A stretch of 64,000 nt of DNA, taken from positions 5,268 through 69,267 of the forward strand of contig JAYTWK010000013.1 of NCBI GenBank assembly GCA_043743715.1, given 5' to 3'. Every line of letters starts with the position of its first letter. Positions within the stretch are counted from its first letter, which is position 1. This DNA is from a bacterium. GTDB lineage: Bacteria; Patescibacteriota; Minisyncoccia; Phycocordibacterales; UBA6899. The position numbers and the translations under genes are program-made. Shown here piece by piece: positions 1 through 8,458 of this stretch. The notes beneath the pieces are model-generated. The model searched no databases. It had not been told where the DNA came from and worked only from the letters and a program-made list of their open reading frames with translations.

Positions 1-127
1 GTCTGTAAAGAATCCGAATAAAAAGGATGAGACGGTTTTGCGTGAGCCAAAGAAAATTTTGAAGGAAATGGAGAAATTGGATGGGGAAAGCGCAAGTATT
101 TTGAAAAACCTCACGATGTTAGTCTAG
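1..127 (+). CDS. hsdM: C-terminal end of type I R-M methyltransferase subunit (partial at window edge)
   Basis: Frame 2 reads SVKNPNKKDETVLREPKKILKEMEKLDGESASILKNLTMLV*, resembling the SVKNPN tail of EcoEI-type HsdM; hsdS and hsdR follow. Confidence 0.7.
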   Translation, partial: SVKNPNKKDETVLREPKKILKEMEKLDGESASILKNLTMLV

Positions 128-133
128 ATTCGT

Positions 134-1024
134 ATGAGTAAATTATTCTTTTTTGTTGATGATAGTGGGTCAAAAGATTGGGAAACCCCCTACGCACTCT
201 CTTTCGCTGAAAAACCGCCCGAGCGCACAGATGCCAATCTTAATTTTTGGCGAGGCAATTTTTTTGTTCTCGCTGGCATTCATGTCGAAGGAGGCAGGAT
301 TGCGAGCATCAACCCTAAAATTGATGAAATGAAGCAAGATTTTTTTGGAACTACATTTATTGAAATTAAGTCAGAGTGGTTGCGTAATCCGCATAAAAGA
401 AAAAAGCATTATCTTGAACCATTCAAAAAAACAGAGGAAGAACTCAAGGATTTTGTTGAAAACAAGTGGTATAAATTGTTTGAGAATCACACCAAGGAAA
501 TCCAAATTCAAGCATTTGTCATTGATAAACGCTTTTATAATACAAAGAGATCAAAGGTGACCCCATTTCAGGAGCTTGTTCAAGTGCTCTTTGATCGCGT
601 CGAACTTCATAAAAATTGTGCCTGCACTATTGTGTTTGATCAGATGGATGCCGATATTAAATCCCAGAAGCATCAACAGGGTGAAATTTTCAGCATCTCG
701 CGCAAACAACTTGATCTTGGATCATTGCATGAGAAATATTCCCATACCGAAATTCGATTTGAAAAGTCCCATCATTCAAACTTTCTCCAACTCGCGGACA
801 CTGCGGCATACAACGTGTTTCGCCAATTTGTACAACACGGGGATAGCTGGGAAGGTGCGGACGGAGATACACTCAAAGAATATGCGTATTTTTCAAAAAT
901 CCTTCCGAATTTTTACACCAAGCACGGAGTGGTCGCCGGATACGGCTTGGTAAAAGTTCCTGATACGAAAAAGATTAGATGGAGCCACAATACTGATGCA
1001 CAAAAAAACCCCACAAATCTGTGA
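134..1024 (+). CDS. DUF3800 domain protein (RNase H-like fold)
   Basis: N-terminal FFVDDSG, FVLAGI, C-terminal S..SNFLQLADTAAY pattern typical of DUF3800. Confidence 0.8.
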   Translation: MSKLFFFVDDSGSKDWETPYALSFAEKPPERTDANLNFWRGNFFVLAGIHVEGGRIASINPKIDEMKQDFFGTTFIEIKSEWLRNPHKRKKHYLEPFKKTEEELKDFVENKWYKLFENHTKEIQIQAFVIDKRFYNTKRSKVTPFQELVQVLFDRVELHKNCACTIVFDQMDADIKSQKHQQGEIFSISRKQLDLGSLHEKYSHTEIRFEKSHHSNFLQLADTAAYNVFRQFVQHGDSWEGADGDTLKEYAYFSKILPNFYTKHGVVAGYGLVKVPDTKKIRWSHNTDAQKNPTNL

Positions 1025-1098
1025 GGTGCTTTTGGGGTCAGTTCCTTGCGGTCCCACCATTCGCTGAGAGGGTGGCTAGGCGTTTCGGCCAACCGACC
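1002..1098 (-). ncRNA. Candidate DUF3800-associated structured ncRNA, convergent on the DUF3800 gene
   Basis: Minus-strand promoter TTGATT-17-(TGC)TACAGT with -10 at 1110-1105; stems GGUC/GACC, GGUUGGC/GCCUAGCC and a CC-GCAA-GG tetraloop; ends in hairpin CCUCACAGAUUUGUGGGG plus U7. Confidence 0.6.
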
Positions 1099-1144
1099 AA
1101 TTTGACTGTAGCAGATATTAGGGAGAAAATCAAGGCTATCCACA

Positions 1145-1193
1145 CTCGCCCGTTGCTACAGTTCCTGTTACAGGAACTGTAGCAACGGGCGAG
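1145..1193. repeat. Perfect 23-bp inverted repeat with 3-nt loop
   Basis: CTCGCCCGTTGCTACAGTTCCTG-TTA-CAGGAACTGTAGCAACGGGCGAG. Confidence 0.95.
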
Positions 1194-1356
1194 GCAAAAG
1201 TCAAAAATAGAGCCACCGTTTGCGTGGTGAATAGTGCGAAAGAAAGCGAAGAACTTGAGATAAATGATTTGCTCGAAAACATAAGGATTCTTCTTCATTA
1301 TATCAAAAAACAGCGACAAAAACACATGAAAACTAATTGGCAATCAAAAAAACTTT

Positions 1357-1827
1357 ATGTCTAACATTTTATCCATAATTGCGGTCGCAGTTCTTGGTGT
1401 TTTTGGCAATATCGCATATTTCGAGTATCAAACAAAAAAGAAAACATCCAAGGATTTATTAAAGCAAAGACTCACAAATCTTCTTTTGCCTTTATATGTT
1501 ATTTTGCACTTGGAAGAAATTTCTACAGACGCTTGGGCAAGGTCACCGGACGGTGATTACGCTGATGTTCATTCAGAATTACCAAACAGAATTTTATCTC
1601 CCATTGAAAAAGTCATTAAAGAAAATATTTACCTTGCAAGCGACACATTGCACGAAGCTTGCATAGATTTTTTACAATGGGCATACGGTAGTGATACTAA
1701 TGAAAGGTTTCAAAAATTAATGTCTGGGAATTTTGATTTCGCAATACAAGATAAAGATTTTAAGAAGTTTTATGACGTAGTAGTTCGAGAATATAATGAG
1801 GCACGTCATGAATACATAAAAAAGTAG
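1357..1827 (+). CDS. Hypothetical protein with N-terminal TM helix, AT-rich, inside R-M locus
   Basis: 156-aa ORF, hydrophobic N-terminus, ends 1 nt before hsdS start. Confidence 0.7.
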   Translation: MSNILSIIAVAVLGVFGNIAYFEYQTKKKTSKDLLKQRLTNLLLPLYVILHLEEISTDAWARSPDGDYADVHSELPNRILSPIEKVIKENIYLASDTLHEACIDFLQWAYGSDTNERFQKLMSGNFDFAIQDKDFKKFYDVVVREYNEARHEYIKK

Positions 1828-1828
1828 T

Positions 1829-3013
1829 ATGATTTGGCAAACAAAAAAACTTGGTGATGTATGCGATCTTGCAACTGGGGGAACACCGAGTAGAGCAAAA
1901 CCGCACTATTTTGATGGCGATATTAAATGGTTACTATCTGGTGATATTCATCAAGGAGAAATTTTTGATTGTGAGGCCAGAATAACCCCTGAAGGTATGG
2001 ACAATTCAAATGCAAAGATATTGCCTCTCAATTCAGTGCTAATTGCACTAAATGGGCAGGGTAAGACTCGGGGTACCGTGGCATTACTCAGAACAAAAGC
2101 CACATGCAATCAATCATTAGTGAGTATTTCCCCCAAAGTTTCTTCGGCTCTTTTGCCAGAGTTTCTTTATTTAAATTTGCACGGACGATACGAAGAGATT
2201 AGGAAAATGACGGGTGACACAGGGAACGATCGTCGAGGATTAAACATGTTAATAATTCGCAATATTAAAATTTCTGTACCGCCTATTCCAGAGCAAAAGC
2301 GCATTGTGAAGACTCTTGATGATGTCTTTAAGAAACTAGCGGAGGCGAAGGAGAATGCGGAAAAGAACTTACAGAACTCAAAAGAGCTTTTTGAGTCGTA
2401 TTTGAATAATGTCTTTGCGAATCCAGCTAAGGATTGGGAGGAGAAAAATCTTGATGAAGTATGTGTTATTTCCTCTAAACTCATTGATCCGCGTGAGAAA
2501 AAATATATTGACTTAATACATGTCGGTGCAGGAAATATTGAAACAATGTCCGGTCATTTGATTGAGTTAAAGACTGCACAAATAGAAAAGCTTATTTCAG
2601 GGAAGTTTTTGTTCAATGATAAAATGGTCTTATACAGCAAGATTCGTCCTTATTTGATGAAAGTCGTACGACCAGATTTTGACGGTTTGTGTAGTGCGGA
2701 CATTTACCCACTTCTACCACGCGAGAAGATATTGTCTCGAGATTTTCTTTATTATCTGCTTCTTTCGTGTGAGTTTACGAAGTACGCTATTTCGGGTTCA
2801 GGTAGAGCCGGTATGCCAAAAGTAAATCGTGAGCATCTTTTTGCTTTTACTTTCTTTCTACCGCCACTCTTGGAACAAAATGAAATTGTAAAAAAACTTG
2901 ATGCACTTTCGGCAGAGACAAACAAGCTAGGAAAGATCTACAAACAAAAGCTGACGGATTTGGAGGAGCTAAAAAAGTCGGTTTTGAGTAAGGCTTTTAC
3001 GGGCGAGTTGTAG
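1829..3013 (+). CDS. hsdS: Type I R-M specificity subunit
   Basis: Two TRDs with conserved W...LGDVC, GGTPS, VPPIPEQKRIV, LPPLLEQ and C-terminal ELKKSVLSKAFTGEL. Confidence 0.95.
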   Translation: MIWQTKKLGDVCDLATGGTPSRAKPHYFDGDIKWLLSGDIHQGEIFDCEARITPEGMDNSNAKILPLNSVLIALNGQGKTRGTVALLRTKATCNQSLVSISPKVSSALLPEFLYLNLHGRYEEIRKMTGDTGNDRRGLNMLIIRNIKISVPPIPEQKRIVKTLDDVFKKLAEAKENAEKNLQNSKELFESYLNNVFANPAKDWEEKNLDEVCVISSKLIDPREKKYIDLIHVGAGNIETMSGHLIELKTAQIEKLISGKFLFNDKMVLYSKIRPYLMKVVRPDFDGLCSADIYPLLPREKILSRDFLYYLLLSCEFTKYAISGSGRAGMPKVNREHLFAFTFFLPPLLEQNEIVKKLDALSAETNKLGKIYKQKLTDLEELKKSVLSKAFTGEL

Positions 3014-3016
3014 ACA

Positions 3017-3090
3017 ATAATCGTTAAAAACTCGTTTTTTTATAGCATTTTAACGATTATGTTGTAATATTCGTTAAAAATGTGTATAAT
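3017..3090 (+). promoter_or_regulatory. fic promoter with upstream inverted-repeat operator
   Basis: ATAATCGTTAAAA (3017-3029) and TTTTAACGATTAT (3048-3060) inverted pair, a third half-site ATTCGTTAAAA in the spacer; TTGTAA-17-TATAAT ending 6 nt before ATG 3097. Confidence 0.65.
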
Positions 3091-3096
3091 AAGCAC

Positions 3097-3984
3097 ATGG
3101 CTCGTACAAACCATACGTTTAGCGCGATTCAGTCGCTCCGAGAGAGATATCACAAAGCTTTGCCTGGCAAAGAAGCTTTGATGCGCGTGGTGGGTGAGGC
3201 AGAGATACCAGAGCACGTCTACAACTCAAATGCGATTGAAAATAGCACCCTTACACTTGAGGAGACAGAGAAGATACTTCTTCAGATTGACCTCGATCGC
3301 TATGTGAGCGAGCGCGAGATCTTTGAGGCCAAGAATCTGGCGCGAGTCACGTCCTATATTGAGCAGAAGGCAAAAGAAGCTGAGTTGTCAAAAGAAATCA
3401 TGCTCTTTCTGCATAAGATGCTCATCGGCAACATCCACGATGAGATCGCTGGTCGATTTCGTACCACAGGTGAATGGGTGCGGGTAGGTGCACATATCGG
3501 CGCTGACCCTATGGAAGTAGTGAGCTTACTTACCGATATGTTGAGCACTTATACTGCAGATGCCACAAGTACCATCGTGGAGCGCATAGCGCGTTTCCAC
3601 CTCACGTTCGAAAATATTCACCCATTTTGTGATGGGAATGGCCGTATTGGTCGTGTGGCAAATAACTATCTACTTATTCGCGAGGGGTATACGCCCATCA
3701 ATATTGCGTTTATCAATCGTGCAGAGTACTACGATGCGTTCAAAGAATTTGAATCGAAAGAAAGTACAAAAATTATGGAGGAGATCGTCGGCCAAGCACT
3801 CGCCAATAGCTTGCACAAGCGACTTGCGTATTTGGAGGGTAAAGAGATTATTACACTCAACGAATATGCAAAACGTCACAAGCTCGTACATGCCAATCTC
3901 ATCAACAAAGCCAAGCGTCAGACCATAGAAGCCTTTCTTGAAAATGGTGTTTGGAAAATAGGTGTTGATCAAAAGAAACAGTAA
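3097..3984 (+). CDS. Fic family protein with C-terminal putative DNA-binding domain
   Basis: Canonical HPFCDGNGRIGR motif; N-terminal SNAIEN inhibitory motif (class II Fic). Confidence 0.92.
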   Translation: MARTNHTFSAIQSLRERYHKALPGKEALMRVVGEAEIPEHVYNSNAIENSTLTLEETEKILLQIDLDRYVSEREIFEAKNLARVTSYIEQKAKEAELSKEIMLFLHKMLIGNIHDEIAGRFRTTGEWVRVGAHIGADPMEVVSLLTDMLSTYTADATSTIVERIARFHLTFENIHPFCDGNGRIGRVANNYLLIREGYTPINIAFINRAEYYDAFKEFESKESTKIMEEIVGQALANSLHKRLAYLEGKEIITLNEYAKRHKLVHANLINKAKRQTIEAFLENGVWKIGVDQKKQ

Positions 3985-3985
3985 T

Positions 3986-6307
3986 ATGAACGAATCTGAA
4001 ACACGAGCTGAATATATAGACCCGATGCTTAAAGCAAGCGGATGGGATGTGATGGACGGGTCACGAGTCTTGCGTGAGTTTCGTATAACTGATGGTAAAA
4101 TCCAGACTGGTGGAAAACGAAGCAACCCAGAGATCGCTGACTATATACTCGTATACAAGAATCGCAAGATTGGCGTCATAGAAGCAAAGGCAGTTGATCT
4201 ACCGGCAACCGAGGGGGTGGCACAAGCCAAGTCGTATGCGGAGAAACTGCATATTGACTACACCTACGCGACGAATGGCAAAGAGATATACCAGATCTCA
4301 ATGAAGTCTGGACAGGAGGGCGAAATAAAAACATTCCCTACGCCTGACGAACTGTGGGCAAAGACCTTTTCAGATCAGAATGAATGGAAGGAAAAGTTTG
4401 CGTCCATCCCCACGGAGGGCGGCAAAAGCATGCGTTATTACCAAGAGCTTGCAATCAATAATGCTCTCGATGCTGTGGCAGAAGAAAAGACACGCATACT
4501 GATTACGATGGCGACTGGCACAGGCAAGACCGCTGTGGCGGCACAGATTGCATGGAAGCTATTTCAGGCGAGGTGGAATCTTAAGAGAGATGGCACACGC
4601 AGACCGAGAATACTCTTTTTGGCCGACAGAAACATCCTTGCTGATCAGGCGTTTGGTAATGACTTCGCTATCTTCCCTAGTGATGCACGAATACGCATAA
4701 ATCCCCTTGATATACGGAAGAAAGGAGGTGTGCCAATGGGTGGCAGTATCTACTTCACGATATTCCAGACATTTATGAGTGGTGCGAATAATGCTCCATA
4801 CTTTGGGGAATATCCGCCAAATTTCTTTGATCTCATCATCATTGACGAGTGCCATCGTGGCGGTGCAAATGATGAAGGGAACTGGCGAGGGATACTCGAG
4901 TACTTTGCTCCTGCCGTACAACTTGGTCTCACTGCTACACCAAAACGAAAAGATAACGTAGACACCTACAAATATTTTGGCGAACCAGTGTATATCTATT
5001 CCCTCAAGGAGGGTGTGAATGATGGATTCCTTACGCCATTTAAGGTGAAGCGTGTGAAGACTACCCTTGATGACTATGTTTTTACTTCCGACGACCAGAT
5101 TATTGAGGGTGAAGTTGAAGAAGGCAAGATCTACGAAGAGGCTGACTTCAATAAGATAATCGTTATCAAGGAACGTGAAGCAAAACGAGTTCGAGTTGTA
5201 TTGGACGAGATCAATCAGGATGAGAAAACCATCGTGTTTTGTGCCACAGAAGATCATGCGCTCGCCGTAAGAGATTTGATCAATCAGATGAAAAAAAGTG
5301 AAAATCCTTTTTATTGTGTCCGCGTGACTTCTCAAGAGGGGGCTCGTGGTGATCAGTATTTGCGAGAATTTCAAGACAACGAGAAGACTATTCCAACGAT
5401 ACTGACGACATCGCAGAAGCTTTCGACTGGTGTAGACGCAAGAAATATTCGCAATATTGTGCTCATGCGACCAGTTAACTCCATGATCGAGTTTAAGCAG
5501 ATCATCGGACGTGGCACACGACTCTTTGACGGCAAGGAATACTTTACTGTTTACGACTTCGTTGATGCGTACCACCATTTTGCTGACCCGCAGTGGGATG
5601 GCGAACCTTCAGAAGTAGTAGACGTGACCGAGACTGACCCAAAACCACCAAAGGAACTGGAAGTGCCCAAAGAACCGCCAGCATCACCTGAACCACCGGA
5701 AGGGCCGAAAAGGAAGCTCAAGATCAAACTTCGTGATGGTAAAGAGCGTGAGATACAACACATGATTGCTACATCTTTCTGGGGTGCAAATGGTAAACCT
5801 GTTTCGGTACAGGAATTCATGGACAACATGTTTGGTGCTATGCCGGAATTCTTTAAGAGCGAGGAAGAGTTGAGGAAAATTTGGTCTGATCCGGTTACTC
5901 GCAAAACATTTCTCGATAAGATCGCCGAGAAGGGGTACGGCATAGACGAGCTTGAACAACTCCAGAAACTTATCGACGCCGAGCAAAGTGACCTTTTTGA
6001 TGTTCTCGCCTATGTTTCGTTTATGACCGAGCCGATTACGAGAGAGAGGCGTGTCGAAGAATCCAAAGCAGAAATACTTGAAGGACTCGATGTAAAACAT
6101 CGGGAATTTTTGGAATTTGTCTTGTCGAAGTATAAAGAGAGGGGTGTTGAAGAACTTAACGAGGAGAAGCTACCGGTACTGCTCAATCTCAAGTACAACT
6201 CCCCGGCTGATGCCCTGAACATTCTCGGTGATGTTGAGAATATCCGCTCAACATTCTTTGACTTCCAAAAAAGTCTTTACGCCAAACACACTCCATTCGC
6301 ATCCTAA
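3986..6307 (+). CDS. hsdR: Type I R-M restriction subunit, EcoEI/EcoAI type
   Basis: MNESETRAEYIDP start, nuclease ADY..IEAK, MATGTGKT, DECH, LTATP, QIIGRGTR, EcoEI_R_C-like tail. Confidence 0.95.
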   Translation: MNESETRAEYIDPMLKASGWDVMDGSRVLREFRITDGKIQTGGKRSNPEIADYILVYKNRKIGVIEAKAVDLPATEGVAQAKSYAEKLHIDYTYATNGKEIYQISMKSGQEGEIKTFPTPDELWAKTFSDQNEWKEKFASIPTEGGKSMRYYQELAINNALDAVAEEKTRILITMATGTGKTAVAAQIAWKLFQARWNLKRDGTRRPRILFLADRNILADQAFGNDFAIFPSDARIRINPLDIRKKGGVPMGGSIYFTIFQTFMSGANNAPYFGEYPPNFFDLIIIDECHRGGANDEGNWRGILEYFAPAVQLGLTATPKRKDNVDTYKYFGEPVYIYSLKEGVNDGFLTPFKVKRVKTTLDDYVFTSDDQIIEGEVEEGKIYEEADFNKIIVIKEREAKRVRVVLDEINQDEKTIVFCATEDHALAVRDLINQMKKSENPFYCVRVTSQEGARGDQYLREFQDNEKTIPTILTTSQKLSTGVDARNIRNIVLMRPVNSMIEFKQIIGRGTRLFDGKEYFTVYDFVDAYHHFADPQWDGEPSEVVDVTETDPKPPKELEVPKEPPASPEPPEGPKRKLKIKLRDGKEREIQHMIATSFWGANGKPVSVQEFMDNMFGAMPEFFKSEEELRKIWSDPVTRKTFLDKIAEKGYGIDELEQLQKLIDAEQSDLFDVLAYVSFMTEPITRERRVEESKAEILEGLDVKHREFLEFVLSKYKERGVEELNEEKLPVLLNLKYNSPADALNILGDVENIRSTFFDFQKSLYAKHTPFAS

Positions 6308-6540
6308 TTCTTATCCGAGTTGATACTGATGATCTTGTTCTTGAGTAAAATTTTGCCCTTGAGACATCCCAGTAGCTCCCTCTTTTCAACATCCGATCCA
6401 TCACGGGGGATGTATTTCGCGTAGTTGCGAATATCAATATCTTTCACGACGATATTCTTCCTAACCCCAAGCACTCCTTGTTGAAACTTTTTGATTCGCT
6501 CTACCTCATGCCTTATCTTCTCGCGTATGCCGATCTCGAA
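6304..6540 (-). pseudogene. Startless C-terminal fragment resembling CPR large serine recombinase tails
   Basis: Open frame FEIGIREKIRHEVERIKKFQQGVLGVRKNIVVKDIDIRNYAKYIPRDGSDVEKRELLGCLKGKILLKNKIISINSDKN*; family assignment from memory of similar tails. Confidence 0.45.
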
Positions 6541-6585
6541 GAACTCAAAAATCCGTGCTAAAAAGCGTTTGCGGGGGAGTTGTAA
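6532..6585 (+). pseudogene. Degenerate copy of hsdS 3' end
   Basis: GATCTCGAAGAACTCAAAAATCCGTGCTAAAAAGCGTTTGCGGGGGAGTTGTAA corresponds to DLEELK(K)SVLK(K)AFAGEL* with small deletions. Confidence 0.75.
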
Positions 6586-6586
6586 T

Positions 6587-6617
6587 CAGACATCCGCACC
6601 AATGGTGCGGATGTCTG
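6587..6617. terminator. 14-bp perfect hairpin, possible terminator
   Basis: CAGACATCCGCACC-AAT-GGTGCGGATGTCTG; no U-tract. Confidence 0.45.
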
Positions 6618-6720
6618 TGAGCGAGAGGTGTACCTTTCTGGCGCAGTAGGGAAATGGGGATTGCTCAAGATTACATTTCCCGATGCTCTACATAAACCAG
6701 TACGTTTGCTCAGGAGCCTC

Positions 6721-6858
6721 TTACGATTTCTTTGCTCTATTTCCAAGAGCAGATGCGGCAATCTGCTTTGATTTTCGACTCGACGCGGGGCTTCGCAGCG
6801 CGCGCGACGCATAGCTTGCGACTCCCTTTCCTGTGCGAATTCCATTTGGTTTTCCCAT
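6721..6858 (-). CDS. Small basic 45-aa protein (not in ORF track)
   Basis: MGKPNGIRTGKGVASYASRALRSPASSRKSKQIAASALGNRAKKS*, divergent from the TA operon. Confidence 0.6.
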   Translation of the reverse strand: MGKPNGIRTGKGVASYASRALRSPASSRKSKQIAASALGNRAKKS

Positions 6859-6996
6859 GTTTGTGTTGTTGTGAAATCGTTAATAAATCGACTCGACCTT
6901 GCTCAACAACCCCAGTGTACGCTTCGCTTTTATGATGTCAATATATTAAACATTAAAGTGGTTGACTTTTTGACATTTCGGGGATATCCTTTGTTT

Positions 6997-7803
6997 ATGA
7001 CTACTTCACACACCCTTATTCGCTCGCTTCGTGCGAAGCGAGAAATTTCCCAACTCGAGATTGCCGAAGCACTCGGGATTTCGCGCACATCCTATCTTGC
7101 CTTTGAGCAGGGGAAGCGCGAGCTGACTCTTGCGGAGGCGAACCGTCTTGGTGAAATCTTTCAGATCTCACTTGATGATATTCAGACGGGGAAAATTCAA
7201 ATAACAGAGGTTGTACTCAAGAAAAAGTCTCCTTCGGTAAAATCAACAAAAAGGGATCTGAGTGATCCGACTCCCGAGGAGCGCATTGCTGTCCCACAGG
7301 AGCATGTTGAAAAATTCAAGCAGGTACTCTTGTATATTCTGGCGAAAGTAGGAGGCAAACCCAATGTGGGGCAGACTGTGCTCTATAAAATACTCTATTT
7401 TATCGACTTTGATTACTATGAGAAATTTGAAGAGCAGCTCATTGGTGCGCGGTATATGAAAAATACTCATGGGCCTACGCCAATTATCTTCCCAAAGATC
7501 ATCAAAGAACTCGAAGACGAAGGTGCTCTGGAGGCTCTCAAGAGTAAATTCTATAAATACGACCAGACAAAGTATCTCATCAATCCAAATATTGCGATCA
7601 ACCTCTCTACGCTCTCCGCCCAAGAACTTGCGCACATTGATGAAGAACTCAATAGACTCTCCGATATGACTGCCAAGAAAATATCCGATCTGTCGCACAT
7701 CGATACTCCATGGAAGCTCGCGAAAGAAAAAGAAGTGCTTGGTTACGAGTTTGTTTTTTATCGCCCGGATGAAACATCAGTAAGAGAGTATGAGCCACTT
7801 TAA
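6997..7803 (+). CDS. XRE HTH + DUF4065 (Panacea/SocA-like) antitoxin
   Basis: N-terminal HTH (SQLEIAEALGISRTSYLAFEQGKR); LYKILYFIDF, HGP and SH..TPW motifs of DUF4065; promoter TTGACT-17-TATCCT 6 nt before ATG. Confidence 0.88.
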   Translation: MTTSHTLIRSLRAKREISQLEIAEALGISRTSYLAFEQGKRELTLAEANRLGEIFQISLDDIQTGKIQITEVVLKKKSPSVKSTKRDLSDPTPEERIAVPQEHVEKFKQVLLYILAKVGGKPNVGQTVLYKILYFIDFDYYEKFEEQLIGARYMKNTHGPTPIIFPKIIKELEDEGALEALKSKFYKYDQTKYLINPNIAINLSTLSAQELAHIDEELNRLSDMTAKKISDLSHIDTPWKLAKEKEVLGYEFVFYRPDETSVREYEPL

Positions 7804-8140
7804 GCAACTACCTGAATTTTCAAAAGAATTTCTGCGTCTTTTGAAAAAATACAGAAGCTTGGAGGAGGATATCAAAATTTTCGAGCGCTTCGTTGCTGCG
7901 AACCCCACCGGTCTGGGTAAAAATTTCACCATTATTCATAGCAGTGAAGAAGTGAAGATCGTGAAGGCAAGAATGATGTGTACATCACTAAAGGAGCGAT
8001 CTATGCGGATTGTCTATGCTCATCATGAAGGTACGCTCACGTTTGTGCATATAGAAATCTACTTCAAGGGAGATAAAGAAAATGAGGATCGTCTGCGGGT
8101 CAAGGCGTATGTGGACTCACTAAAAAAGCCTAGCAAATAA
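7790..8140 (+). CDS. RelE/HigB-like toxin
   Basis: Overlaps antitoxin stop; F.KEF..L.KKY.SL..D, KAR, MRIVY, IEIYFKGDKEN pattern. Confidence 0.75.
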   Translation: MSHFKQLPEFSKEFLRLLKKYRSLEEDIKIFERFVAANPTGLGKNFTIIHSSEEVKIVKARMMCTSLKERSMRIVYAHHEGTLTFVHIEIYFKGDKENEDRLRVKAYVDSLKKPSK

Positions 8141-8163
8141 ATATTTTTGTGGTATAGTTTTTT

Positions 8164-8250
8164 ATGAACGAATCAGAAACACGAGCGGAATTCATAGACC
8201 CAAAGCACAAAAAATCGGTCTTGAACGAAGCATTTAAGGGGGAGTTGTAG
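8164..8250 (+). pseudogene. hsdR-start / hsdS-end fusion mini-ORF (deletion scar of a second type I R-M locus)
   Basis: MNESETRAEFIDPK-HKKSVLNEAFKGEL*, followed by a near copy (8252-8314) of the hsdS-fic intergenic region. Confidence 0.8.
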
Positions 8251-8458
8251 GCAATAATCGTTAAAATCACGCTTTTTTATAGCATTTTAACGATTATGTT
8301 GTGAGATTCGTTAATATCGGTAGATTTTCGAGTTTCTGCGTTTGCATAGTGAGAAAAATACCTGACACCTTTCTCCCCCCTGTCGAACTTTCCTCGGACA
8401 GTACTGCGTATTGCCTTGGTCCCAACGTTGTGACCAAAATTGAGATCCTTTTGTCAGA

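Noticed and set aside
1829-8250. hsdS shufflon (invertible TRDs)
   Set aside because: Extra hsdS pieces are only short 3' tails in direct orientation, with no spare TRDs or intact recombinase
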